Assembly (NCBI GenBank): GCA_003133025.1
Contig: PKZK01000029.1
Location: forward strand, 10,466 to 40,596
Reading direction: 5' to 3'
Source: Vulcanimicrobiota bacterium
Lineage (GTDB): Bacteria; Vulcanimicrobiota; Vulcanimicrobiia; Vulcanimicrobiales; Vulcanimicrobiaceae
DNA length: 30,131 nucleotides
Shown here: piece after piece, positions 16,632-25,130 of the stretch
Layout of the letters: each line of letters opens with the position of its first letter
How positions within the stretch are numbered: the stretch's first letter is position 1
The notes under the pieces: model-generated
Seen by the model: only the letters and a program-made list of their open reading frames with translations
What the model was told of the DNA's origin: nothing
Database searches by the model: none
Position numbers and translations under genes: made by a program

Positions 16632-18064
16632 GAACCCGACCCGCCGTGCGCCGCCGCGCCGCGCAGGCCGAAGAGCGCACGCACTTCGCGAGTGTACATC
16701 ACGAAGAAACTGGCCGCGTAGGTCAGCACGCCGGCGGCCACCGCCAGAGCGAGGCCCGCGGGCGTGGAGCGGCCCGGAACGAGTTCGACGACGACGATCA
16801 TCGCAACCGTCGCCGCACCGATCTTGGCGAATGCATCGAGCGGCAGCGGCATGCGCACCACGCGCGCCGCCCAGTACATGCTCACCACGAGAGCGACGAT
16901 CTCGGCGAGGAGGGTTGCCGTAACCGCGCCGATCGCGCCGAAGCGCGGGATGAAGGCGATGCTGAGCGCCACGGTCAGGGCGATGCGCACGATCGTCAAG
17001 ATCGCGACGGGGCGCGTTTCGAGCGCTATTTCGAAGGCCTGCTCGAAGTAGTTCGCGCGCAGTCCGGAGACGAACATCACGGCGGCCGCCAGCGAGAGAA
17101 TCGTGCCCGCACCGTTTTGGAACTTCGGTCCGAAGTAGAGATGCGAGATCGGCCCCGAGAGCGCGATCAAGCCCGCGGCCGAAGCCAAGCCGATGGCAAA
17201 CACTAGTCGCGCGTTGTTGCGCAACTGATCCGCGAGCACGTCGCGCGTGGAGAGGTCGCGCGCGCGAAAGGCCAGCGGCTGCCCGGCGAGCGTGGCCGTG
17301 CCGATCAGCAGGCCGACGGTCTGTTGCGCGAAATCGGAGGCCGCCGCAAAGATGCCGACGGCCGCGCCGCCCGCGGCCGCGTCGAGCGCGTAACGCTGAA
17401 ACGTCGCCGAGAAGTAACTCAGCGAACCCGCACTCGAGGGCCAGCCGAAACGGATCAGACGCTTGAAGACGACGCCGCGGAACGAACCGCGCAGCGCCGG
17501 ACTCCACAGCGCCAGCGCGCCGAACGCAGCGCAATTGCCCGCCGCGAAACCGCCGAGCAGCGCGTTGGCCTTGAAGCCCGCCGAGATCAGCAGCAACGAT
17601 GCGCCGAGCGCCGCCGTCGCGCGCACGGCCTGCAGCACGCCGTACGCGATCAGTTTCAGGCGCGCTTGTAGCAGCGTGATGTTCAGTTCGAAGAAGCCGC
17701 TGGCCACCGCGGCCGCAGCCGTGAGCAGCACCGTCGACCAGGGCAGCGACGGGCTGTAGATGCGTAACGCGGCCACGACCGTGAGGCCCACGAGCAGCGC
17801 CGTGCCCGCGAACGACGCGGCCATCGTCGCGGCCAGATCGGGCTCGTCGCCGGCTTCGATCGCGGCCGTCATGCGCAGCGCGGCGACGCGCAGCCAGGAG
17901 AAGCCGGTCATGCCCACCAGAAACGAGGTGCTCAAGCAGAGCGCGTAGATGCCGAAACTGGCCGGGTCGAGCAGACGCGTGTAGAGCGCGATGCCGCCGA
18001 ACGCGATCGCGGCCGGCAGCATGCGGCCCGCAAAGTAGATCGGCCAGAGTCTGAAAACTTGCAT
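16628..18064 (-). CDS. Wzx-type oligosaccharide flippase, 478 aa
   Basis: LYTRLLDPASFGIY, numerous TM segments, IPRFGAIGA; context of GT and polymerase genes. Confidence 0.88.
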   Translation of the reverse strand: MQVFRLWPIYFAGRMLPAAIAFGGIALYTRLLDPASFGIYALCLSTSFLVGMTGFSWLRVAALRMTAAIEAGDEPDLAATMAASFAGTALLVGLTVVAALRIYSPSLPWSTVLLTAAAAVASGFFELNITLLQARLKLIAYGVLQAVRATAALGASLLLISAGFKANALLGGFAAGNCAAFGALALWSPALRGSFRGVVFKRLIRFGWPSSAGSLSYFSATFQRYALDAAAGGAAVGIFAAASDFAQQTVGLLIGTATLAGQPLAFRARDLSTRDVLADQLRNNARLVFAIGLASAAGLIALSGPISHLYFGPKFQNGAGTILSLAAAVMFVSGLRANYFEQAFEIALETRPVAILTIVRIALTVALSIAFIPRFGAIGAVTATLLAEIVALVVSMYWAARVVRMPLPLDAFAKIGAATVAMIVVVELVPGRSTPAGLALAVAAGVLTYAASFFVMYTREVRALFGLRGAAAHGGSGS

Positions 18065-18105
18065 GACGCGGCGCTGCTTCTGCGATCGAGTGCTGCGACG
18101 CGGCG

Positions 18106-18807
18106 CTAGTCGACCGCGGGCGCGACCCGGCGCAGCAGCGAGGCGCCGCCGTCCCAGGCGCGCCGGATCTGCTCGATCCACGAGGGCGATGGAGAGCGTT
18201 GGGCGTCGGCGCCGGCGTTCTGCGGTGCGCCGCGCCGTTCGTACTCGTCGATGGCTTCGGGCGAAGCGGCCACGACGCCGAGCACGCGGCTGGCCGAGCG
18301 GTCGAGCATCAGCGAGGTCGATTCGTCGTCGATCGAGGGCGGCCGTCCGAGGCGTACCGAGAGCAGCACCGCGTCGACGGATTCGGCGAGGGCCATGGCC
18401 ATTTCGCTCGTCAGCAGCGCGGCGCCGTCGATGATGGTGAACTCGTGCAGGGCGCGCATGTTCTCGACGAAGCGTTGCGTCGCATCGCGGAAGAGCGGCG
18501 TGCGCGTCGTCGCGGCCGGCACGTAGAGCGCCAAGTCGCCGTCGCCCTCGCCGCGGCCGGTGTTCGCGATGCGCACGTAGCTCGACGACTCGGTCGTGCC
18601 GTCGACGAGCGCGGTGCGCCGGCCCGCGCGCGCGAGGCAGTCGGCCAACGAGTACGCGGTCAGGCTCTTGCCGTCGCCGTCGCGCGCCGAGGTGACCAGG
18701 ATGACGCTGCGCCCCGGAATCTCACGCTCGACGAACGCGCGCAGGAGCTGCACCTCGGAATGCGCGGAATCACCCGGCGGATTCCCGTGAACTGCGCCGC
18801 CGCTCAT
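18106..18807 (-). CDS. CpsD/CapB-like BY-kinase domain protein (divergent), 233 aa
   Basis: ILVTSARDGDGKS Walker A, ALVDG, TIIDG, DAVLL, VLGVV. Coupled (ATGA overlap) to the co-polymerase. Confidence 0.78.
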   Translation of the reverse strand: MSGGAVHGNPPGDSAHSEVQLLRAFVEREIPGRSVILVTSARDGDGKSLTAYSLADCLARAGRRTALVDGTTESSSYVRIANTGRGEGDGDLALYVPAATTRTPLFRDATQRFVENMRALHEFTIIDGAALLTSEMAMALAESVDAVLLSVRLGRPPSIDDESTSLMLDRSASRVLGVVAASPEAIDEYERRGAPQNAGADAQRSPSPSWIEQIRRAWDGGASLLRRVAPAVD

Positions 18808-20159
18808 TTGGCGTTGCCCAACGTGGCGATGACCGGTTTGCCGTAGAGCGTCTCGATCTGGGCCACGCGACGCAGGCGCGGGTTCAAGCGATCCGCGAGC
18901 AGCGCGCTGCCGATCGAGACCACGACGATCAGGAAGGCCAAGATCAGCGAGAGCGTTCGCCTGCCGAGTCCGATCTGCGTCTCCGAATCGATCGCGCGGT
19001 CGACCACGACCACCGATCCGAGCGAGAGCGCGTCGGCGCGATTGGCCAGCGCCGTCGCGATGCGCGAGGAGATCGCGAGGTAGTTTTCCTTGGCGGCATC
19101 GCGTTCCAGGCGCAGCGTCGCGAGCGACGTGCCGGGCGGAACGTTCTTGCCGGCGTCGTCGCTGAACGCCGCGACGCGCGCGCGATCGGCGGCGACCACG
19201 GCTTCGGCCTTGCGCACTTCGGACTGTGCTGCGGCGAACGACGGACTCTCGACGTCGGGCGACTCGAGCGCGCGGCGTTCCTCGGCGGCGGCCGCCGCTT
19301 TGAGGTTTGCGACCTTGGCCTCGAGTGCCGCCATGCCGGGATAGCTGTCGCGATAGACCGCGCGGTCGCGCTCGAGCGTCGTTTCCTCGCTCGTTGCGGC
19401 GGCCACGAGGTTCTGATAGAGCCGGTCGTTTTGGAGCACGTCGCGGCGCGACGGCTGCGCACTCGCGGCGGCGTCGGCGCGCACCGCGTCGAGATGCGCC
19501 AGATCGCCCTGCAGCGTCGCTTCGGCGAGCTTGCGGTCGCGCTCCGGCGAATTGGTTTGGGGTACGGCGTTCACGCCGCCGGTATCCAAGTTGACCGACT
19601 TCGCGTCGCTCGAATCGAGGATGGCGCGGCCGCTCGGGCCCACCAGCCGGTCGATCGTTTTGATGCGTTCGTTCTGCTTGGCCAACTCGACGTTGAGCCC
19701 GGTCAGATCCTCGTCGAAGCGCGCCTTCGAGATCTCGCGATAGTAGCGGGTGAGTTCGTCGGCGACGGCATTGGCGATCTGGGCGGCGCGCGCGCCGTCG
19801 GTGTCGACGTACTGAATGCGCAAGATGCTCGACTTGAACGGCGGCGGCTTGGCCGTCACGTGGCGCTTGAGATCTTGCAGGGTCGTGTTGAGGTGCAGAT
19901 CTTGGCGCACGCGTTCGAGCACGACCGTGCTGGTCGCGATCGAGGGCAAGTCGGGCGAAGAGAGCGTGGGATCGTCGCGGGTGTTGCCGTTGACCACGAG
20001 CACGTTCGCTCCGGCCAGATATTGGCGCGGCGCCAAGCGCACGTAGGCCGCCGAGGCCAGCAGCATGACCACGAAGACGCAGGCGACCAGGGGCAGATTG
20101 CGCCGGACCGACTCGTAGACGTCGGTCACGCGCGGCAGGCTCGACTTATCGTTGGTCAA
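18804..20159 (-). CDS. Polysaccharide co-polymerase / chain-length determinant (Wzz/GumC-like), 451 aa
   Basis: N- and C-terminal TM helices flank a long Ala/Glu/Arg-rich coiled coil; AAQIANAVA, VVVDRA, LYGKPVIATL. TTG start follows a GAGGTG RBS. Confidence 0.85.
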   Translation of the reverse strand: MTNDKSSLPRVTDVYESVRRNLPLVACVFVVMLLASAAYVRLAPRQYLAGANVLVVNGNTRDDPTLSSPDLPSIATSTVVLERVRQDLHLNTTLQDLKRHVTAKPPPFKSSILRIQYVDTDGARAAQIANAVADELTRYYREISKARFDEDLTGLNVELAKQNERIKTIDRLVGPSGRAILDSSDAKSVNLDTGGVNAVPQTNSPERDRKLAEATLQGDLAHLDAVRADAAASAQPSRRDVLQNDRLYQNLVAAATSEETTLERDRAVYRDSYPGMAALEAKVANLKAAAAAEERRALESPDVESPSFAAAQSEVRKAEAVVAADRARVAAFSDDAGKNVPPGTSLATLRLERDAAKENYLAISSRIATALANRADALSLGSVVVVDRAIDSETQIGLGRRTLSLILAFLIVVVSIGSALLADRLNPRLRRVAQIETLYGKPVIATLGNAK

Positions 20160-20195
20160 GATTCACCTCGTTCCGAGCCCCCTTCTGCGCTGGAA

Positions 20196-20240
20196 AACGT
20201 AGCGCGAAAGCGGGGCGCGCAGCAATAGCCCAAACGGGGG
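20196..20240 (-). promoter_or_regulatory. Possible internal promoter for the co-polymerase to wzy block, with a half copy of the box
   Basis: On the minus strand: CCCCCGTT (20240-20233), 7 nt, -35 TTGCTG (20225-20220), 18 nt, -10 TACGTT (20201-20196). Confidence 0.45.
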
Positions 20241-20260
20241 CGATGGCGCCTGCCGGGGTG

Positions 20261-21160
20261 CTACGCCGCACCGGCCAAGCGCAGGGCCAGCGTCGTCGCG
20301 CGCCGGGCTACCTCCGGCTCCGTGCCGGTGTAGCCGGCGATCGAGAAGGCGACGTCGTCGGGCGGCATCGCGGCGACGAACGCCTCGACCTCCGAAGGCG
20401 GCAGCGGCTGCGGACCCCAGTAGGTATGGCACCAGGAGCGCTCGTCGATCCAGACGCCCGCGGCCTCCCGGCCGAGCACCTTGTCCACGTACAGGCCGTA
20501 GGCCAGGTACTCAGAGACCAGCCGCCCGCGCGCGAAGGCGACGTGCCAGGGTACGCCCGCCACCGCCTCGATGCGCGCGCAGACGTCGAGCACCAACGCC
20601 CGCTTCCAACTGATCACGTTGCCCACGTAGTCGTTCATGGGCAATTTTTCCGCGGGCACGTCGAGCAACCGGCAGACGTTGCGATGCCACTTGGCATGGT
20701 GCATGCCCGCGATGATGCCGCCAGGCTTGCGGTAAAGCCGTGTGAGGCCGTTGCGGGCGAAGAGCGCCGGGTCGACCGGGCGCACGAAGCGCACGTCGGA
20801 GTCGACGTTGAGCAAGAGCGGCGCGTCGATCGCGCGCGCCGCCGAGAGCTTGACCAATTGTTGGATCAGCCAGCCTTTGGCGGGCACCATCGCCGCCGTC
20901 GAAAACCACCAGCGTTTGGAGAACGGCAGCTTAGCGTAGCCTTTGGGGATCACGTCCTCCACGGCGACTACGACGGTGCGCCGCCCTTCGAGGGAACGAA
21001 AGAGCGCGAGGTCGCGAGCGTCGACGATCAGATAGTGTTTCGCCGGCTCCGGAATGAAGCGCAGGACGCTCTCGTTGAGGTCGCGACACAGCGCGAAGTC
21101 ACGTGCGAAGCTGGGCGTGACCACCGCCAAGCCGGCGCCGGGCGCCTGGGCCGAGTTCAC
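20261..21160 (-). CDS. DUF6492-like protein, possible GT-A fold transferase, 299 aa
   Basis: VVTPSFARDFALCRDL, GWLIQQLVKL, VDSDVRFVRP (DxD), SEYLAYG. GTG 21160 overlaps the upstream stop. Confidence 0.65.
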   Translation of the reverse strand: MNSAQAPGAGLAVVTPSFARDFALCRDLNESVLRFIPEPAKHYLIVDARDLALFRSLEGRRTVVVAVEDVIPKGYAKLPFSKRWWFSTAAMVPAKGWLIQQLVKLSAARAIDAPLLLNVDSDVRFVRPVDPALFARNGLTRLYRKPGGIIAGMHHAKWHRNVCRLLDVPAEKLPMNDYVGNVISWKRALVLDVCARIEAVAGVPWHVAFARGRLVSEYLAYGLYVDKVLGREAAGVWIDERSWCHTYWGPQPLPPSEVEAFVAAMPPDDVAFSIAGYTGTEPEVARRATTLALRLAGAA

Positions 21161-21996
21161 GTCGCAAACCAACGCTCGAGCAGGTCGCACGTTTCGATGT
21201 AGTCGCCCAGTACGAGCGCAGCGACCTCGATACCGGCGTTGCGCAGATCGCTCTGGCGCAAGCCGCGCGCGATGCTGAAATCGTCGATCGCTTCGAGCGA
21301 AGGATGTTCGGCGGCGTGGCCGTCGACGCGCACCACCGCGTGCAGCGGCGCCTGTTCGGCCCACGACGGCGCGCCCTCGACCAGCGCCGGATCGATCGCG
21401 TAAAATGCCACCACCTGGGGCGTGGAATACCAGGGGGATGCTTCGATCGCGCGCCGGTACCATACCGGAAACGAACCGATGCACGAACTATTGGCGTGCA
21501 AGACTTTCTTGAAGGCCTTGACCACGTACGTGTCGCCCGCGACCAGGGCGTAGTCGCCGCCGAGAATGCGCCAGCCGCGCGTGTGCAGGTGCGCGATCAG
21601 CGTGACGCACGGTTCCCAATCGTCGCCGATCAGCGCCAGCGCGCGGCCGTCGCGTTCGGCGACCGCGGCACGCCAGACGTTGAAGTGACGCGCGTGCGCG
21701 AGTTCGGCCAGCAGCGAGGAGACGACCGCGCCCGCGACGCGCGGCAAGGCGCTCAGCCGTCCGAGGGATTTGCGGCTCGAGGGCGCCGTGCCGTACACCG
21801 ACCAGAGGTTTGAATCGAAGCCGACGTTGATCTTCAGCGGCGGCTCCGCGTTCGACCACGTGCGGGGCACGTGCGCGAGCATGCGGTCGACGATGGCGAG
21901 CACGCTGGCGGGCCCGTTGATCGCGATGTCGGCATCGGCGATGTTGAGGCGCAGTTCGCCCAGTGCTGATGGGGGCTCGGTGTGCAACATCGTCAT
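21157..21996 (-). CDS. HPr-kinase-related P-loop fold protein with degenerate Walker A (probable pseudokinase), about 279 aa
   Basis: WRAAVAERDGRALALIGDDWEPCVTLIAHLHTRGWRILGGDYALV aligns by eye to the HprK-related pattern LHAxxVxxxGxxxxxxGxSGxGKSTLxxxLxxxGxxxLxDD. Confidence 0.6.
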   Translation of the reverse strand: MTMLHTEPPSALGELRLNIADADIAINGPASVLAIVDRMLAHVPRTWSNAEPPLKINVGFDSNLWSVYGTAPSSRKSLGRLSALPRVAGAVVSSLLAELAHARHFNVWRAAVAERDGRALALIGDDWEPCVTLIAHLHTRGWRILGGDYALVAGDTYVVKAFKKVLHANSSCIGSFPVWYRRAIEASPWYSTPQVVAFYAIDPALVEGAPSWAEQAPLHAVVRVDGHAAEHPSLEAIDDFSIARGLRQSDLRNAGIEVAALVLGDYIETCDLLERWFAT

Positions 21997-22001
21997 CGGA
22001 T

Positions 22002-22973
22002 TTACGCGAAGGCCAGACGTTCTTCGACGAGCCAGCGCAGCGTGCGGCGCAGGCCGTCGTCGAGTGTGGTTGCGGGCGCCAAACCGTGAGCGCGCGCTAG
22101 GGTGAGGTCGGGCCTGCGAACTTGCGGGTCGCCCGGACGCGCCGGCAAATACTCGGCGGCGAACGCCGTGCCGGTTACGCGGGCCACCGCGCGCGCGACG
22201 TCTTCGACCGTGCGCTCTTCGTCGCTGCCGATATTGATCGGTTGCAGTTCCGGCTGGGGCATCTCCATCAGGCGTCGCAGCATGCTCACCGCGTCGGCGA
22301 CGTAGGTGAGCGAGCGCGTCTGTTTGCCGGTGCCGTGGATGGGCAGCGGCCTTCCGTTTTGCGCGGCGTGGAAGAGCTCGGGAATCAAGCGCCCGTCGGC
22401 CTCGTCCATGCGCGGGCCGTAGCAGTTGAAGAAGCGCGCGACGCGCGCGTCGAGCCCGCGCGCGCGCACGGCCGTGGCGACGGCGGCTTCGCCGAAACGT
22501 TTGCCTTCGTCGTAACAACTGCGCGGACCGATCGGGTCGACGTTGCCGAAGTAGCCTTCGGGCTGCGGGTGCACGAGCGGATCGCCGTAGATCTCGGAGG
22601 TGGAGGCGAAGAAGAAGCGAGCGCCCTCAGCCAGGGCCAGTTCGATCAGCGACATCGTGCCCAGGCCGTTGACTTCGAGCGTCTCCCAAGGATGCTCGCC
22701 ATAGGCTTTCGGGCTCGCGGGCGAGGCCAGGTGGAAAATGCGTTCGAGCGGCGCCTTCGAAGCCTTGCGAATCAGGCCCGCGAGTTCGGACGGTGGCGCG
22801 ACCACGTCGCCGTAGATGAAGGTCGCGCGGCCCGACGAGATCGCGTGCTCGAGGTTGCGGACGTGTCCGCTCGAGAGGTTGTCGACGATTACGACCGTGT
22901 GGCCGTCGTCGACCAGCGCGTCGACCAGATGACTGCCCAAGAAGCCGGCGCCGCCGGTGACCAGATGCAGCAC
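22002..22973 (-). CDS. uxs: UDP-glucuronate decarboxylase (UDP-xylose synthase-like SDR), 323 aa
   Basis: LVTGGAGFLGSHL, HLASPASP, STSEIYGDP, GPRSCYDEGKR, RFFNCYGPRM. Confidence 0.88.
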   Translation of the reverse strand: MLHLVTGGAGFLGSHLVDALVDDGHTVVIVDNLSSGHVRNLEHAISSGRATFIYGDVVAPPSELAGLIRKASKAPLERIFHLASPASPKAYGEHPWETLEVNGLGTMSLIELALAEGARFFFASTSEIYGDPLVHPQPEGYFGNVDPIGPRSCYDEGKRFGEAAVATAVRARGLDARVARFFNCYGPRMDEADGRLIPELFHAAQNGRPLPIHGTGKQTRSLTYVADAVSMLRRLMEMPQPELQPINIGSDEERTVEDVARAVARVTGTAFAAEYLPARPGDPQVRRPDLTLARAHGLAPATTLDDGLRRTLRWLVEERLAFA

Positions 22974-22976
22974 CGT

Positions 22977-24299
22977 CTAGACCTCGACCGCCGCGGCCAG
23001 GGGATCGTGTTGCACCGGGCCGCGCATCGAGCGGCCCACGCCGCGATAGGTCAAGCCGGCCGCGGCGACGCGGCTCGAATCGAGCACGTTACGGCCGTCG
23101 ACGACGACGCGCCGGCGTAAGTTTGACGCGTACGCGAGCGGGTCGATGCGCGCGAATTCGGGCCATTCGGTGAGCACGACCAGCGCGTCGGCGTCCGTGG
23201 CTTCGAGCGCCGAGGTAACCATCCGGCTGCCCAGCGGCAGCGGCGCCACGTGCACCGCGGGATCGAAGACGACCATGCGCGCGCCGCGGCCGCCCAATTC
23301 GTCGACGATGCGTAGCGCGAGCGAATCGCGTATGTCGTCGGTGCCGGCTTTGAAGGCCAGACCCCAAACGCCGATCGTCGCATTCGAGAGCGAGAGCATC
23401 TCGTGTTCGAGGATGTCGAGAATGCGCATGGGTTGGGCGCTATTGACGCGCAGCGTGGCCGCGAAGAGTTCCTTGCCCAAGCCGTGTTGAGCCGCAACGT
23501 GGGCCATGCTCTTGACGTCCTTCTCGAAGCACGGACCGCCGAAACCGATGCCGGGACGCAGAAATTCGGAGCCGATGCGTTGGTCGTAGCCGATGCCGCG
23601 CAGCACGTCGTCGGAGGTGGCGCCGAGCGTGTCGCACATGTTCGCGACCTCGTTGGCGAAGCTGATCTTCAACGCGAGGAAGGCGTTGGAGCAGCCCTTG
23701 ATCAGTTCGGCGTTGCAGCGCGAGGTGAAGACGACCGGCTTCTGCAGGCGCTCGAGCAGGTTGACGTAGGTGACGGCCGCCGACGCGTCGCTGCAGCCCA
23801 CGACGATCCGGTCGGGATTGAGAAAATCGCGCACGGCCGACCCCTCGCGCAAGAATTCCGGCGCGTAGATCAGATCGGCCCAATGCTCGATGGCGTCGGC
23901 GATTTTGTCGCTCGTGCCCGGCGGTACCGTCGAGCGGATGACGATCGTGGGCCACGCCGCGAACTCCACGCTCGAGAGTTGCTCGATGGCCGCTTTGAGC
24001 GGGGCGAGATCGGCCGAGCCGTCGTCGCGCGAGGGCGTGCCCACGGCCACGATGACGATCCGGGCGTCCTTCGCGGCGGCGTGGATGTCGTCGAAGAAAT
24101 GAATGCGGCCCGAGGCGAGGTGTTTTTGCAACGACTCGGTGATGCCGGGCTCGCGGTACGGCGGGATGCCGCGGCGCAGCCGGTCGATCCGTTCCGGCAA
24201 GATGTCGTAGCCGTGAACCGGCCAGCCGAGGTCGGCGAGGCCGAGGGCGCAGGCCATGCCGACGTAGCCTGTTCCAATGATGCAAACGGGCGCGTTCAC
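22977..24299 (-). CDS. ugd: UDP-glucose 6-dehydrogenase, 440 aa
   Basis: IGTGYVG, VAVGTP, RSTVPPGT, PEFLREG, GIGFGGPCFEKD (catalytic Cys), GLAFKAGTDDIRDS, VVDGRN. Confidence 0.93.
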   Translation of the reverse strand: MNAPVCIIGTGYVGMACALGLADLGWPVHGYDILPERIDRLRRGIPPYREPGITESLQKHLASGRIHFFDDIHAAAKDARIVIVAVGTPSRDDGSADLAPLKAAIEQLSSVEFAAWPTIVIRSTVPPGTSDKIADAIEHWADLIYAPEFLREGSAVRDFLNPDRIVVGCSDASAAVTYVNLLERLQKPVVFTSRCNAELIKGCSNAFLALKISFANEVANMCDTLGATSDDVLRGIGYDQRIGSEFLRPGIGFGGPCFEKDVKSMAHVAAQHGLGKELFAATLRVNSAQPMRILDILEHEMLSLSNATIGVWGLAFKAGTDDIRDSLALRIVDELGGRGARMVVFDPAVHVAPLPLGSRMVTSALEATDADALVVLTEWPEFARIDPLAYASNLRRRVVVDGRNVLDSSRVAAAGLTYRGVGRSMRGPVQHDPLAAAVEV

Positions 24300-24303
24300 C
24301 GGC

Positions 24304-24969
24304 TCAGTAGGCTCCTTTTGGCGAAACGACGCGCGCGACGGTGCGCAACAGGAGCAAGCCGTCGAGTGCGGGCGAGGCGCGTTCGATGTACTCGAGGTCG
24401 AGGGCGGTGGCTTCGGGGCGGTCGAGCGGAATCGTCGAGCGGCAACTGGTTTGCCAGATACCGGTGATCCCGGGTGGAACCAAGTGCCGCAGATGCTGCC
24501 AGTGAGCGTAGCGCGCGACGACGATCGGCATCTCGGGCCGCGGTCCGATCAACGCCATGTCGCCCAGCACGACGTTGACGAGTTGGGGCAGTTCGTCGAT
24601 CGAGGTCTTGCGCAGGACGCGGCCGACGCGGGTGATGCGATCGTCGGACGCATTCGTGGGCGAGGGCCGATCGACGCACGCCGCGAGGCGCATAGTGCGC
24701 AACTTATAGATCGTGAACATGCGCTCGAAGCGTCCGGCGCGCCGTTGCGTGAACAGAATCGGTCCGCCGTCTTCGACGAAGATCGCAAGGCAAGCGATCG
24801 CGATGACGGGCATCGTGAGCAGCAGCAGCGTGGCGGCGAGCAGCACGTCCAACGTCCGGCGCAGGCGTCGCGTCACGCGGTTCTCGCGATAGATGAGGGT
24901 CGAGCGCGGAGTTCCGCCTGCGCGAACGCGCGGGCCGGAGGACGTCGCGACTGCTTCACATCCGGACAT
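24304..24969 (-). CDS. Priming phosphoglycosyl (sugar) transferase, small Bac_transf type, about 221 aa
   Basis: RRTLDV, YKLRTM, DDRITRVGRVLRKTSIDELPQLVNV, LIGPRPE, PGITGIWQ, LDLEYI. GGAG RBS precedes ATG 24969. Confidence 0.92.
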   Translation of the reverse strand: MSGCEAVATSSGPRVRAGGTPRSTLIYRENRVTRRLRRTLDVLLAATLLLLTMPVIAIACLAIFVEDGGPILFTQRRAGRFERMFTIYKLRTMRLAACVDRPSPTNASDDRITRVGRVLRKTSIDELPQLVNVVLGDMALIGPRPEMPIVVARYAHWQHLRHLVPPGITGIWQTSCRSTIPLDRPEATALDLEYIERASPALDGLLLLRTVARVVSPKGAY

Positions 24970-25009
24970 AGCGCTCTCCAACTTCATCGGCAAGAACCGG
25001 CCACGGCTC

Positions 25010-25065
25010 ACGTTACCGTGACGGCGCTCGCAGCGGCAATGTACCGAATTGGGGGTTTCGCAAAC
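25010..25065 (-). promoter_or_regulatory. Leftward promoter of the polysaccharide operon plus conserved upstream box (copy 3)
   Basis: On the minus strand: box GTTTGCGAAACCCCCAATT (25065-25047), 7 nt, -35 TTGCCG (25039-25034), 18 nt, -10 TAACGT (25015-25010). Confidence 0.7.
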
Positions 25066-25080
25066 CCCCTCGTTGGTGGA

Positions 25081-25109
25081 TTCGATTCCCGCGCCGCTCC
25101 GTATAGAAT
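25081..25109 (+). promoter_or_regulatory. Rightward sigma70-like promoter for the WecB/TagA GT and GH16 pair
   Basis: TTCGAT (25081-25086), 17 nt, TAGAAT (25104-25109), ending 21 nt before ATG 25131. Confidence 0.55.
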
Positions 25110-25130
25110 GAGCGAGAGGTCCGTTCGTTC

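Noticed and set aside
25051..25069. Perfect hairpin GGGGGTTT-CGC-AAACCCCC as an intrinsic terminator or small RNA
   Set aside because: It has no U-tract, lies between divergent genes where no transcript should end, and coincides with box copy 3. It is better read as part of an operator.
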